Part shown: one piece after another, positions 1 through 15,229 of the stretch
Layout of the letters: each line of letters starts with the position of its first letter
Position numbering within the stretch: the first letter of the stretch is position 1
Source: Eledone cirrhosa
Lineage: Eukaryota
Direction: 5' to 3'
Length of the DNA: 64,000 nt
Assembly: GCA_964016885.1 (NCBI GenBank)
Contig: OZ024765.1
Coordinates: forward strand, 14,942,001-15,006,000
Notes under the pieces: generated by a model
The model's database searches: none
Told to the model about the DNA's origin: nothing
The model's input: the letters and a program-made list of their open reading frames with translations, nothing else
Program-made: the position numbers and the translations under genes

Positions 1-45
<45 letters not shown>

Positions 46-49
<4 letters not shown>

Positions 50-277
50 ATAATAATAAATTTGAAGACTAAAATCCAAAGAGGGCTCGATAAGGATAAA
101 TAGATATCAAATATATAAGAACCGCAGAGAAAATATTTATTAAAATAACAGATTAAAGTTTAAGCAAAGAATCGCTGCTTTCACCCTTAACGGGATCTTC
201 TGAACCTAAGTTTCAGAAGATCCCGTTACGGGTGAAAGCAGCGATTCTTTGCTTACACTTTAGCCAGTTATTTTAAT
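46..277. mobile_element. Fold-back PLE-type terminus, family A, with an HHR-like motif in each arm
   Basis: Arm ~140-204 is the inverted complement of ~211-277. Plus arm reads aagttt CAGAAGA tcccg-tta-cgggt GAAA gca-gcgattctt-tgc TT acactt (208-260). Flanked by (TA)n. Same tail at 301-458, 14483-14558 (opposite strand) and 29827-29876. Confidence 0.7.
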
Positions 278-300
278 ATATATATATATATATATATATA

Positions 301-458
301 GTAACAATAATAAATATGAAGACTAAAATCCAAAGAGGGCTCGATAAGGATAAATATATATCAAATATATAAGACCCCTAGAGCAAATATTTATTAAAAT
401 AACAGATTAAAGTTTCAGTAAAGAATCACTGCTTTCACGCTTAACGGGATCTTCACAG
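301..458 (-). mobile_element. Second copy of the family A terminus, truncated at the HHR core
   Basis: Direct repeat of 47-200. Minus strand reads ..TGAAGA tcccgttaagcgt GAAA gcagtgattctttac.. Confidence 0.65.
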
Positions 459-684
459 TATTCAGCTCTTACAACCCCCTATCCCCTTTTGAACTATTGT
501 CCACTAGATTAAACAATCCAATCACAGCATATTTTTTACATCAACAAAACAACTTGTTCTCATTACCAGTCAACTTTTCAGGAAGCATGATGGAAGAAAT
601 TTTACTAAAACATTCGATTTTGATTTTAATTTTAAACCTTTCTTTACTCCTACCAACTCTTTTTTTTAATTAACCTTTTTCACT

Positions 685-727
685 GAATTTGACAAGATGG
701 ATCTTAATACATCGAAACCGGTAATTT
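685..727 (+). ncRNA. Minimal hammerhead ribozyme, U3-A8 core variant
   Basis: gaat TTGACAA gatg-gatcttaata-catc GAAA ccgg TA attt. Stems I and II pair, stem III is the palindrome CCGG, cleavage triplet GUA. Confidence 0.55.
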
Positions 728-903
728 TCTCATATACTTTTTATACTTCATAAAACATTAAAAAAAAAAGAATTGTCCCTCTCTTTTTTTAATAACATTA
801 TCTTTTTAATAATGTCACTTTGACGAATCAAAAAAGAAAAACAGACCCTTAAATATATCTCCCGTGCTATTTCCAACATCAACTTTCTCTCTCTTTCTCT
901 CTC

Positions 904-992
<89 letters not shown>

Positions 993-1044
993 ATATATAC
1001 ATATATATACACACATATATATATGTATATATACATATATATAT

Positions 1045-1094
<50 letters not shown>

Positions 1095-1147
1095 GTATGT
1101 ATATATACATATATGTATATATATATATATATATGTATATATATGTG

Positions 1148-1179
<32 letters not shown>

Positions 1180-1211
1180 TGTATATATATATATATATGT
1201 ATATATATATG

Positions 1212-1275
<64 letters not shown>

Positions 1276-1371
1276 AAAGTACATATATGTATATATATAT
1301 ATATGTATATATATATGTATATATATATATATATATATAAGTACATATATGTATATATATATATAAGTACA

Positions 1372-1412
<41 letters not shown>

Positions 1413-1457
1413 GTATATATATGTATATATATATATATTTTATATATATATATATTT

Positions 1458-1524
<67 letters not shown>

Positions 1525-1550
1525 ATATATATACATACATTCATAGATAC

Positions 1551-1628
<78 letters not shown>

Positions 1629-2096
1629 GTACATATACATGTGTGTGTCTATGTACATATAACCATTAAAAGGGCGCTATTTATGTTTAACACTTGCCGG
1701 TTGTTTCCAAAGCCTCAGCTAGTTACATATTAAGGTCGATTGCTAATCAGATTCTCTATGTCGCGGTTTACTTGACCTGCAATATTCGCAGAATTCTGAC
1801 AAATAGCATCCTGCAATTTACTCTCTTTAATATATGTATGAAACCACGCTTAGTCGCACATAAACGCTGACATATATACACACATACTGACTTAAACAAA
1901 CATATATGCATACACACATACATATATACACACATGAATCCAGGGCTATGTATAAGTGTACATATGTGTATACATATATACATGTATATATATATATGAA
2001 AAGGGAAGTAAGGTTCTACGCAAAACAGTGATTATAGCGAAAAGGTGAAATTGGAGAGTTCACCTTTTCTCTCTGTCTCTCTCTCTCTCTCTCTAC

Positions 2097-2152
<56 letters not shown>

Positions 2153-2256
2153 ATGTGTATGCGTGCGTGAGAGTGTGTGTGTGTATGAATATATATATAT
2201 ACACACACATATATATATATAAATATATATATATGTACATATATATGTACATATGC

Positions 2257-2287
<31 letters not shown>

Positions 2288-2321
2288 TAAACAAAAGCAC
2301 ACACATATATATATATACACC

Positions 2322-2373
<52 letters not shown>

Positions 2374-2533
2374 TCCACACACACACACACACATGTACTG
2401 AGTGGTCTATTCATTAGTCAATATGTTACTCCTGCCTTTTAGCAATCCTAAATGGAAAAGTAGAATCAGCGTAAATGTAGATAATTTTTATTCTTCCATT
2501 TTGAATTTTTCTTTTATGTCTTTCCCTCTCGCC

Positions 2534-2649
<116 letters not shown>

Positions 2650-2650
2650 C

Positions 2651-2681
<31 letters not shown>

Positions 2682-2706
2682 AATATATATATATATAGAA
2701 ATATAT

Positions 2707-2823
<117 letters not shown>

Positions 2824-2827
2824 TATA

Positions 2828-2889
<62 letters not shown>

Positions 2890-2893
2890 TATA

Positions 2894-2941
<48 letters not shown>

Positions 2942-3113
2942 CCTACTATATATCTATATATCTACTTATCTAACTCTCTATATCTATATCTATCTAACTA
3001 TCTCTCTCTCCCCACCTACTACTTATCGGACTCCACATACATCTGGCTGTCTATCTCTCTTCATATCTATATATCTATCTTTCTATCTCTCTCTCTATAT
3101 ATATATATATATA

Positions 3114-3703
3114 CCGACCTGTGGGGCTATGTAGAACGAATATTGTCGCGGGTGGGACCAAACCGGTTGACCACCGAGTCCATTATCATGATCAAACCGC
3201 CACCCTCCTTCAAAAACGAAAGAGAGGCGATTTTCCTTTGTGTGATAGCTATGGCGAAAGAGGTTGTATGGTGGACAAGGTTAAAAGTGCTGAGGTCAGA
3301 CACCTTTCTCTCCGGCCAACAACTGATTCTTTTTTTTCAAATACCACTGTGGAAGAAGAATCAGGATGGAGGGAGAGGTGCTGTACCCCAGCAAGTTTTA
3401 TGAAAGGTGGGTGAAAGTGGCGAGAATGGCCCGAGTGAATGGGCCTTCTCTCTATATCAGCCTGTAGGTTGAGGAAAAGGAGGAGGGGTGGAAAATAGTT
3501 CAAACTCTTCTTACTCCTGGAGATGAGGGTTGCACATTTTTTCGGGCGTATGTGTTACCCATATAAACTGTCTCCCCTATTGGGGAAAATCGATTAACTT
3601 TTTAAATTGCATTTGTGATAATATTTTACGTTTTTATTGTATGTAAACTTCCCCCTTTGTATTTGTCCCCTTCTTTTGTACACCCTGTGGCTAATAAAGA
3701 AAC
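3114..3703 (+). mobile_element. Tx1/L1-clade non-LTR retrotransposon 3' end (ORF2 C-terminus and 3' UTR)
   Basis: With one frameshift it translates to DLWGYVERILSR...IAMAKEVVWWTRLK...KFYERWVKVARM..., matching the LW / AK..(I/V)W..R / F..RW pattern of Tx1 ORF2 ends. AATAAA at 3693 is followed directly by (TATC)n. Confidence 0.75.
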
Positions 3704-3704
3704 A

Positions 3705-3750
<46 letters not shown>

Positions 3751-4132
3751 GAGGTGGGTGAAAGTGGCGAGAATGGCCCGTGTGAATGGGCCTTCTCTTT
3801 ACATGAGCCTGTAGGTGGAAAAGAGGAAGGAACGAGGGAGCACCCCCTCTCTGTGCTCCTGAGGAAAAGGGTTGCAGACTTTTTTCGGGGGTGTGTGCGA
3901 CCCCCCAATGCGCCTCCTCTCTATTGAGGATTTTGTTATGAATTTTATTTTTTGTTATATTTTATAACAAAATCCTCTATTGAGGATTTTGTTATAATTC
4001 TATTTTTTGTTATATTTTATTTTATTTTTATATATTGTTATTGCCTCCTCCCTATTGAGGACGCCTTGTTTTGTAAACTCCCCCCATTGTACTTGTCCCA
4101 CTTTTGATGCCCTTGTGGCAAATAAAAGAAAC
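3751..4132 (+). mobile_element. Second, more 5'-truncated Tx1 3' end in tandem
   Basis: Homologous to 3405-3703, with an internal duplication of cctctattgaggatttt(t)gttat. AATAAA at 4121, then tatctatc. Confidence 0.7.
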
Positions 4133-4439
4133 ATATCTATCTATCTACCTACAGATTCATCTATATATATATCTACCTACCTATCTGACTATGTATCCAT
4201 CTATATGAGCCACTCCCCATCTTTGCCTCTATTTCTCTCACTCTTCCCTTTGATTCCCCCCTCTCCATCCCACTATTCAGTCGCTCTCCTTCCTCTCATT
4301 CCCCGTTTCTCTCTAATCTAAAACTGGTTTATCCGTTATATTTAGAAAGTTCCTGTAGAGAACTAAGAGTTGACTTTCTAAATTGGTTTTGGAAACATAT
4401 ATATAGGTGTGTACAGGCATGCTATATGCATGCGTGTAT

Positions 4440-4629
<190 letters not shown>

Positions 4630-4664
4630 ATATATATATTTGTATATATAAATATATATATATT

Positions 4665-4737
<73 letters not shown>

Positions 4738-4828
4738 TTAAATATATATATATTTGTATATATTTGTATATATATATATATATATATATATTTGTATATA
4801 TTTATATATATATATATATATCTGTATA

Positions 4829-4952
<124 letters not shown>

Positions 4953-5100
4953 AATATATATATACATATGGGAAATGTGGGAAATGAAATATCGTTTCAT
5001 TTTTTCCGTTTATATACATATGTATATATATAAACACACATATATGGATATTCAGACATACACACCCAAACACAGGCGGAAGCACACACACAAACATATG

Positions 5101-5152
<52 letters not shown>

Positions 5153-5321
5153 CGTGTATATGTGTGTGTGTATGTATGTTTGTATGTGTGTGTAAATCGT
5201 GTTTGTATATATTTAAATAGATATTCTTAGTATTCATATTTATGAGGTTATAAATGCACATGAAAGTCTTCACCAATGCTGTGATGATAACACTTAAATT
5301 GAAGCGATATGTAGATATGTG

Positions 5322-5369
<48 letters not shown>

Positions 5370-5383
5370 TATGTGTGTATGTG

Positions 5384-5448
<65 letters not shown>

Positions 5449-5504
5449 ATGTATATATAAGTATATGTATATATATATATATATATACATATATGTATGT
5501 GTGA

Positions 5505-5535
<31 letters not shown>

Positions 5536-5600
5536 CATATATGTACGTGTGTATGTATATATATATATATATATATATATGTACATATATGTATGTGTGA

Positions 5601-5641
<41 letters not shown>

Positions 5642-5651
5642 TGTATGTGTG

Positions 5652-5740
<89 letters not shown>

Positions 5741-5747
5741 ATGTATA

Positions 5748-5790
<43 letters not shown>

Positions 5791-5962
5791 ATATATATAG
5801 ATATATATAAATATATGTGTGTGTGTATGTATACATATATATATGTATGGGTGTATGTATATACACATATATATATAAACATATGTATATATATATGTAT
5901 ATTAATATAGGTATATATATACCTACCTATATATATATATAAAATATAGATATATATATATA

Positions 5963-6120
5963 ATATAAAACGAAAAATCAGTGATGCATCTGGAATCAGT
6001 TTATTGTGTGTTACAATTGTTTCGCCGGCAGACTGCTCGAGACACGATCATTGTATGGTTCTGTTTGATTCTAGACCTGCAGATTATTCGGACACATGCA
6101 ATACTTTCGCAACAAATTTC
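5963..6120 (-). mobile_element. (TA)n-flanked terminus, family G, with an HHR-like 3' half
   Basis: Homologous to 45586-45745. Minus strand reads GAAA caattg TA acacac AATAAA. Confidence 0.55.
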
Positions 6121-6179
6121 ATGTGTATATATGTATATGTATATAAATATGTGTATATATATATATATATAAATATATG

Positions 6180-6273
<94 letters not shown>

Positions 6274-6276
<3 letters not shown>

Positions 6277-6440
6277 TAAAAGAGAAAACACAGGTAAGCA
6301 TTAAGAGAAGGATTTTATCCAGGTATTCACGACCGTTTCATTGGTAAGTGCAACCTTATATTGCTATACTGCAAATAGCAGCCACTCAATTATAATTGTT
6401 GTTCACAGTCCAAATTTTCAAAATAGTGAGTAAGTTACTC
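6274..6440 (-). mobile_element. PLE-type terminus, family F, with a decayed HHR at 6324-6425
   Basis: Minus strand reads tatt TTGAAAA tttgg-(long stem II)-ccaat GAAA cg-gt-cg TG aata. Tail is shared with 42327-42378. Confidence 0.5.
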
Positions 6441-6564
6441 TTGATATAATTCTTAATATATAGAGAAAAACATTTATTTGGAATTGTATTTACTAGTATA
6501 GAGAGAGAGGAAGAGGGAGGAGCTAGGAAGTAGAGTGACAAACTCTATATATATCTGTGAGTGA

Positions 6565-6597
<33 letters not shown>

Positions 6598-6810
6598 GAT
6601 ATATACGTGTGTGTCTGAGTATGTATATATAAAAGTGTGTATGTATTATATAAATAACCTTATATATGATTGTGTGCATATATATGTATATATACATTAT
6701 ATCTTTATGTAGATATAAACATATATTCATGTATATACATACATATATATATAGATAGATATAGTTAGATAAACATATATGTATATGCATATATATCTAT
6801 ATGAATATGC

Positions 6811-6842
<32 letters not shown>

Positions 6843-7153
6843 GGAGAGGGAGAGAGAGAAAGAGAGACAGTGAGTGACATCTATCATGGATTAATTTTGC
6901 TATCTGTACTTTTCTTTAACATATATCATTTGCATATTTTCCTGTACAAAGCTCCTGATGTTAACCCCATTCTCTAATGTAGAGCACCGGCTTGTCATTG
7001 GGATTTAATAGCATTTGTTACGAGATACTGTCATTGTTATATATTTATCTATCTATGTAGATACGCAGATATATATTTAGATAGGTAGGTAGATAGATAG
7101 ATTGATAGATAAATGGATAGATATATAGATAGATATGTAGATAAATAGATAAA

Positions 7154-7378
7154 TTTCTTTATTAGCCACAAGGGCACAAAAGAAGCGAACAAATACAGGG
7201 GGTGGAGTTTACATAAAGGAACGAGTAAAAAACAAATAACAAATATAAAATTACCAATACAGTCCTCAATAGGGAGGAGGCGTTTTAGGGGTTACACACA
7301 CCCACGAAAAAGTGTGCAACCCTTTTCACTAGGAGCACAGCGAGGGCGTGCTCCTTTGAACTTCCACCTTTCCACCTA
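7154..7378 (-). mobile_element. Tx1 3' UTR fragment in (GATA)n
   Basis: Reverse complement of the 3' UTR at 3810-4130 (tttctttattagccacaaggg...). GATA repeats on both sides. Confidence 0.7.
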
Positions 7379-7531
7379 GATAGATATCTAATTAGCTATA
7401 TTTACAGATAGATAGATAGACTCCAGTTCCGCAGTGAAATAACAACCCAACAAGGAACTGGACATATCAGAGTATTGACAATATTATACACCTAAACAAC
7501 ATATGTACTTGTCTATACCATACTAATTCAA

Positions 7532-7586
7532 ACTGCCTGAAGAGGTCACAGCCAAAGATGGCTGTCACTGAAATATATATAGCAGT
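7532..7586 (+). ncRNA. Minimal hammerhead ribozyme with canonical core, inside a PLE-type 3' terminus (~7421-7683)
   Basis: actgc CTGAAGA g-gtcacagcca-aaga-tggctgtcac-t GAAA t-atat-a TA gcagt. Perfect 5 bp stem I, 9/10 bp stem II, palindromic stem III, AATAAA directly downstream. Confidence 0.85.
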
Positions 7587-7788
7587 AATAAACGAAGCTA
7601 AATTTTAATCATTTGACTTTTATTTAACTTTATTTTACACTACTCCGGAGTAACCAAACCAACCTGCGCACTTCGTCGCAGTTATATATATATTGTTATA
7701 CTTTGGGAGGGTCATGTTGCCAATAAACAAATTCAGAAACGAAATATATATATATAATTATATATATATATATAATTATATATATATA

Positions 7789-7889
<101 letters not shown>

Positions 7890-7948
7890 ATCAGTCATAC
7901 AAAAGTGAGTTACAAACGAAACGAAATTTAATTTCGTTTCGTTATTTC

Positions 7949-7988
<40 letters not shown>

Positions 7989-8018
7989 TATATATAATTA
8001 TATATATATATATATAAT

Positions 8019-8102
<84 letters not shown>

Positions 8103-8153
8103 ATTATACATATATATACAAATATATATATATATAATTATATATATGTGTAG

Positions 8154-8234
<81 letters not shown>

Positions 8235-8273
8235 TACATATATATACAAATATATAATTATATATATGTGTAG

Positions 8274-8321
<48 letters not shown>

Positions 8322-8773
8322 ACATATATAACTACGTGAAAAAGCATCCATCAAACCATGTTTCTATTAATTGTGGCGGTGGTGGTGGTGGCGGTGGTGG
8401 TGGTGGTGCGAAGTTATATATTCACTACAACCGTGATTTAATTTCCAACGACTGTTGTAGGAAAATGTAAAACGCTCACATTTTCTACACATCAATATAT
8501 ATGTCATCGGCCTAGATAATCGATTTCTTGTACCCCACATTTTCATATCGATGTCACCAATCTGTTTATAGTCACACGTTATCGTTTATAGTCACACTTG
8601 TTCATTTGTAATTACACATGTTGCGCTTAATCTCCGCCGACACACGTGCCTGTTAAGCTATGTTTGTTGTACACACACATTCAAATACACGCTATGTCGG
8701 TCGACATTTTTTATGGATTTCCTTCCATACATACATGCATCTTGTAAACACCTGTACCTTCTAATGCTACTAC

Positions 8774-8804
<31 letters not shown>

Positions 8805-8850
8805 GTTATTTATTATTATTATTGTTGTTGTTGTTGTTGTTGTTTCTTCG

Positions 8851-11800
8851 CTCAGCTTCTAACACTGGAGATGTATTACATTGTTAACTGTTCACTGCCA
8901 GTGGACTGAGGTAACACACCTTATCTCAGCTTCTAACACTGGAGATGTATTACAATGTTAACTGTTCACTGCCAGTGAACTGAGGTAACACCCCTTATCT
9001 CAGCTTCTAACACTGGAGATGTATTACTGTGTTAACTGTTCACTATCAGTAAACTGAGGTAACACCCCTTATCTCAGCTTCTAACACTGGAGATGTATTA
9101 CAGTGTTAGCTGTTCACTATCAGTGAACTGAGGTAACACCCCTTATCTCAGCTTCTAACACTGGAGATGTATTAAAGTGTTAGATGTTCACTGCCAGTGG
9201 ACTGAGGTAACACCCCTTATCTCAGCTTCTAACACTGGAGATGTATTACAGTGTTAGCTGTTCACTATCAGTAAACTGAGGTAACACCCCTTATCTCAGC
9301 TTCTAACACTGGAGATGTATTACAGTGTTACCTGTTCACTACCAGTGAACTGAGGTAACACACCTTATCTCAGCTTCTAACACTAGAGATGTATTACAGT
9401 GTTAGCTGTTCACTATCAGTAAACTGAGGTAACACCCCTTATCTCAGCTTCTAACACTGGAGATGTATTACAGTGTTACCTGTTCACTACCAGTGAACTG
9501 AGGTAACACACCTTATCTCAGCATCTAACACTAGAGATGTATTACAGTGTTAGCTGTTCACTATCAGTAAACTGAGGTAACACCCCTTATCTCAGCTTCT
9601 AACACTAGAGATGTATTACAGTGTTAGCTGTTCACTACCAGTAAACTGAGGTAACACACCTTATCTCAGCTTCTAACACTGGAGATGTATTACTGTGTTA
9701 ACTGTTCACTATCAGTTAACGGAGGTAACACACCTCATCTCAGCTTCTAACACTGGAGATGTATTACTGTGTTAACTGTTCACTGCCAGTGGACTGAGGT
9801 AACACCCCTTATCTCAGCTTCTAAAACTAGAGATGTATTACAGTGTTAACTGTTCACTGCCAGTGGACTGAGGTAACACCCCGTATCTCAGCTTCTAACA
9901 CTGGAGATGTATTACAGTGTTAACTGTTCACTGCCAGTAAACTGAGGTAACACCCCTTATCTCAGCTTCTAACACTGGAGATGTATTACTGTGTTAACTG
10001 TTCACTATCAGTAAACTGAGGTAACACCCCGTATCTCAGCTTCTAACACTGGAGATGTATTACAGTGTTAACTGTTCACTGCCAGTAAACTGAGGTAACA
10101 CCCCGTATCTCAGCTTCTAACACTGGAGATGTATTACAGTGTTAACTGTTCACTACCAGTGAACTGAGGTAACACCCCTTATCTCAGCTTCTAACAGTGG
10201 AGATGTATTACAGTGTTAACTGTTCACTGCCAGTAAACTGAGGTAACACCCCTTATCTCAGCTTCTAACACTGGAGATGTATTACTGTGTTAACTGTTCA
10301 CTATCAGTAAACTGAGGTAACACCCCGTATCTCAGCTTCTAACAGTGGAGATGTATTACAGTGTTAACTGTTCACTGCCAGTAAACTGAGGTAACACCCC
10401 TTATCTCAGCTTCTAACACTGGAGATGTACTACTGTGTTACCTCAGTTCACTACCAGTAAACTGAGGTAACACCCCTTATCTCAGCTTCTAACACTGGAG
10501 ATGTATTACAATGTTAACTGTTCACTACCAGTAAACTGAGGTAACACCCCTTATCTCAGCTTCTAACACTGGAGATGTATTACAATGTTAACTGTTCACT
10601 GCCAGTAAACTGAAGTAACACCCCTTATCTCAGCTTCTAACACTGGAGATGTATTACAGTGTTAGCTGTTCACTACCAGTAAACTGAGGTAACACCCCTT
10701 ATCTCAGCTTCTAACACTGGAGATGTATTACAATGTTAACTGTTCACTACCAGTAAACTGAGGTAACACCCCTTATCTCAGCTTCTAACACTGGAGATGT
10801 ATTACAATGTTAACTGTTCACTACCAGTAAACTGAGGTAACAACCCTTATCTCAGCTTCTAACACTGGAGATGTATTACAATGTTAACTGTTCACTACCA
10901 GTAAACTGAGGTAACACCCCTTATCTCAGCTTCTAACACTGGAGATGTATTACAATGTTAACTGTTCACTGCCAGTAAACTGAGGTAACACCCCTTATCT
11001 CAGCTTCTAACAGTGGAGATGTATTACTGTGTTACCTCAGTTCACTACCAGTAAACTGAGGTAACACCCCTTATCTCAGCTTCTAACACTGGAGATGTAT
11101 TACAGTGTTAACTGTTCACTGCCAGTAAACTGAGGTAACACCCCTTATCTCAGCTTCTAACACTGGAGATGTATTACAGTGTTAACTGTTCACTACCAGT
11201 GAACTGAGGTAACACCCCTTATCTCAGCTTCTAACACTGGAGATGTATTACAGTAAACTGAGGTAACACCCCTTATCTCAGCTTATAACACTGGAGATGT
11301 ATTACTGTGTTAACTGTTCACTATCAGTAAAATGAGGTAACACCCCTTATCTCAGCTTCTAACACTGGAGATGTATTACAGTAAACTGAGGTAACCCCCC
11401 TTATCTCAGCTTCTAACACTGGAGATGTACTACTGTGTTACCTCAGTTCACTACCAGTAAACTGAGGTAACACCCCGTATCTCAGCTTCTAACACTGGAG
11501 ATGTATTACAGTAAACTGAGGTAACACCCCGTATCTCAGCTTCTAACACTGGAGATGTATTACAGTGTTAACTGTTCACTGCCAGTAAACTGAGGTAACA
11601 CCCCTTATCTCAGCTTCTAACACTGGAGATGTATTACTGTGTTAACTGTTCACTATCAGTAAACTGAGGTAACACCCCGAATCTCAGCTTCTAACACTGG
11701 AGATGTATTACAGTGTTAGCTGTTCACTGCCAGTAAACTGAGGTAACACCCCGAATCTCAGCTTCTAACACTGGAGATGTATTACAGTGTTAACTGTTCA

Positions 11801-13122
11801 CTGCCAGTAAACTGAGGTAACACCCCGTATCTCAGCTTCTAACACTGGAGATGTATTACAGTGTTAACTGTTCACTACCAGTGAACTGAGGTAACACCCC
11901 TTATCTCAGCTTCTAACAGTGGAGATGTATTACAGTGTTAACTGTTCACTGCCAGTAAACTGAGGTAACACCCCTTATCTCAGCTTCTAACACTGGAGAT
12001 GTATTACTGTGTTAACTGTTCACTATCAGTAAACTGAGGTAACACCCCTTATCTCAGCTTCTAACAGTGGAGATGTATTACAGTGTTAACTGTTCACTAC
12101 CAGTAAACTGAGGTAACACCCCGTATCTCAGCTTCTAACACTGGAGATGTATTACAGTGTTAACTGTTCACTGCCAGTAAACTGAGGTAACACACCTTAT
12201 CTCAGCTTCTAACACTGGAGATGTATTACAGTGTTAACTGTTCACTGCCAGTAAACTGAGGTAACACACCTTATCTCAGCTTCTAACACTGGAGATGTAT
12301 TACTGTGTTAACTGTTCACTATCAGTAAACTGAGGTAACACCCCTTATCTCAGCTTCTAACAGTGGAGATGTATTACTGTGTTACCTCAGTTAACTACCA
12401 GTAAACTGAGGTAACACCCCGAATCTCAGCTTCTAACACTGGAGATGTATTACAGTAAACTGAGGTAACACCCCTTATCTCAGCTTATAACACTGGAGAT
12501 GTATTACTGTGTTAACTGTTCACTATCAGTAAACTGAGGTAACACCCCGTATCTCAGCTTCTAACACTGGAGATGTATTACAGTAAACTGAGGTAACACC
12601 CCTTATCTCAGCTTCTAACACTGGAGATGTATTACTGTGTTAACTGTTCACTATCAGTAAACTGAGGTAACACCCCTTATCTCAGCTTCTAACACTGGAG
12701 ATGTATTACAGTAAACTGAGGTAACACCCCTTATCTCAGCTTCTAACACTGGAGATGTATTACTGTGTTAACTGTTCACTATCAGTAAACTGAGGTAACA
12801 CCCCGTATCTCAGCTTCTAACACTGGAGATGTATTACAGTGTTAACTGTTCACTGCCAGTAAACTGAGGTAACACCCCTTATCTCAGCTTCTAACAGTGG
12901 AGATGTATTACTGTGTTACCTCAGTTCACTACCAGTAAACTGAGGTAACACCCCTTATCTCAGCTTCTAACACTAGAGATGTATTACAGTGTTACCTGTT
13001 CACTATCAGTTAACTGAGGTAACACTCCTTATCTCAGCTACTAACACTGGAGATGTATTACAGTGTTAGCTGTTCACTACCAGTGGACTGGGGTAACACC
13101 CCTTATCTCAGCTTCTGACACT
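8851..13122. repeat. Tandem satellite, 74 bp unit, about 58-60 copies, with 52 bp and 76 bp variants
   Basis: Unit actgaggtaacaccccttatctcagcttctaacactggagatgtattacagtgttaactgttcact(a/g)(c/t)cagtaa. Period 74 (e.g. 9201 to 9275). Confidence 0.97.
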
Positions 13123-13420
13123 GGGCATCGAAAACACTACCCTAAAAGAATAACTGGTCAACATCATCGAGTGCTACTGGTAACATGTAACCCAGTACAA
13201 CCTGTTACATGGTCGGGTCGTCGCCGACTAAACCGGAAACCCCACCAAGCTTGCTTCGTCAGAAGGGTGATATTTGGACACTTGTGGGATGAAATACAAG
13301 ACACGGCAAGGGCTGAGGAGCGCAGTAGGGTCAACGGGCATCCAAACAGTAGTTCTTGTTTTTTTTTTACCTGGGAATGAAAGGGCCCCAGTTGTTGTCA
13401 CAACACTTTTCTAAGAGAGG
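13123..13420 (+). mobile_element. RTE-like 5' region contiguous with the satellite
   Basis: 13170-13285 is homologous to the 5' part of the element at 22503-23109. It ends gagagggaaactctga, which resembles RTE/BovB 5' UTR motifs as I recall them. Confidence 0.55.
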
Positions 13421-13681
13421 GAAACTCTGAATATATATATATATATATATATTTCTAGTTAATTAACGGATTTAAAAACTCAATTTAATCCCCTATAATT
13501 TAGGGAGCTCAAGGAATATATATTCTCGGCTCTTTATAAATCAACATATAGAGAGTAGTACAAATAGACATATTTGTTCAATCATAGGGGATCAAAAACC
13601 ACCAAAGTGACAAACATTTTACCTACGGAAGGAATGGTGAATCAATAAAAAGAACATATTAAAGTATACTAACCATTCGAA

Positions 13682-14141
<460 letters not shown>

Positions 14142-14146
<5 letters not shown>

Positions 14147-14398
14147 TAAAAGGAATTCCAACATTGTCTGATTTACTCGTTTTATTTACAATCCTTTAAA
14201 ATGTATAATGGTATTAGAATGAAAGAGTATGGTAGAATATTAAATGTTATGTGTTAATTGAACAAGTACTATCATGCTTTCGCAATCTTCAGGTTCACAT
14301 TCTGTGGTGACAGTCAAGTTTGCAATTTTCAGAGTAAATCAGACAAAGTTGCAATTCCTTTTATTAATATAATCTTCTATACACAATCATACACACCC

Positions 14399-14402
<4 letters not shown>
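14142..14402. mobile_element. Fold-back terminus, family J, with a minus-strand HHR relic at 14259-14297
   Basis: 14142-14178 is inverted against 14332-14368. Minus strand reads tgaac CTGAAGA ttgc GAAA gca-tgatag-tac TT gttca, with stem II collapsed. Tail also at 46647-46719. Confidence 0.6.
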
Positions 14403-14482
<80 letters not shown>

Positions 14483-14719
14483 TTATATATTTGATATATA
14501 TTTTCCTTATCGAGCCCTATTTGGATTTTAGTCTTCAGTTTTATTATTATTACTATAATAAGGTATTATAAAGATATTTTTCATTTATTTATATTGTTAT
14601 TATTAATAAGGTCCAGATAAATTTTGTAGAGTGCTTCAAACCTGTTATAAAATTAACTTTGTTGAATGATAATCAACAAACTTTATAACTCATTGTTTAT
14701 CTCTTTCTCTCTCTCTCTC

Positions 14720-14800
<81 letters not shown>

Positions 14801-14804
<4 letters not shown>

Positions 14805-14979
14805 GTTTCTACTATTGGCACAAGGCCAGCAATTATCCAGTACATTACTGGTACTTTATTTTATCGACCCCTAAGGATGAAAGGCAAAGTTAACCTCGGC
14901 GGGATTTGAACTCAGAATGGCAAGGGTCGTAAATCTATGCGCCAAAGCATGGCGTCCGACCCTCTACCGATACTGCCAA
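14801..14979 (-). mobile_element. tRNA-derived SINE, octopus-type family 1
   Basis: On the minus strand: A-box-like tggcagtatcggtaga, B-box gagttcaaatccc, body ttaactttgcctttcatcctt..gggtcgataaaataaagtaccag, tail ..tagaaacaatt. Confidence 0.8.
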
Positions 14980-15229
14980 AACATCATGATGAGAGAGAGA
15001 GATAGAGAGAAAGAGAAAGAGAGAGGGTATAGAAGTATAGAAGCTGAATCGATAGGTTGGTCACGGCTAGAAGGCCATTGTGCTGTTAAATAAATGCGTG
15101 AGATAAAGTCTGCTTTCTCGTCACGGAAAGTGTCTGGAAATATGACTATTTTTATGACAGGTGCATGCCTGAATGTGATACATGCAGCCATGCATACGTG
15201 CGTGTGCAGTGTTGTGTGACTGCGTGATG

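Noticed and set aside
8851-13122. CRISPR-like appearance of the 74 bp array with hairpins
   Set aside because: The whole unit is repeated with no unique spacers, there are no cas genes, and the context is eukaryotic.
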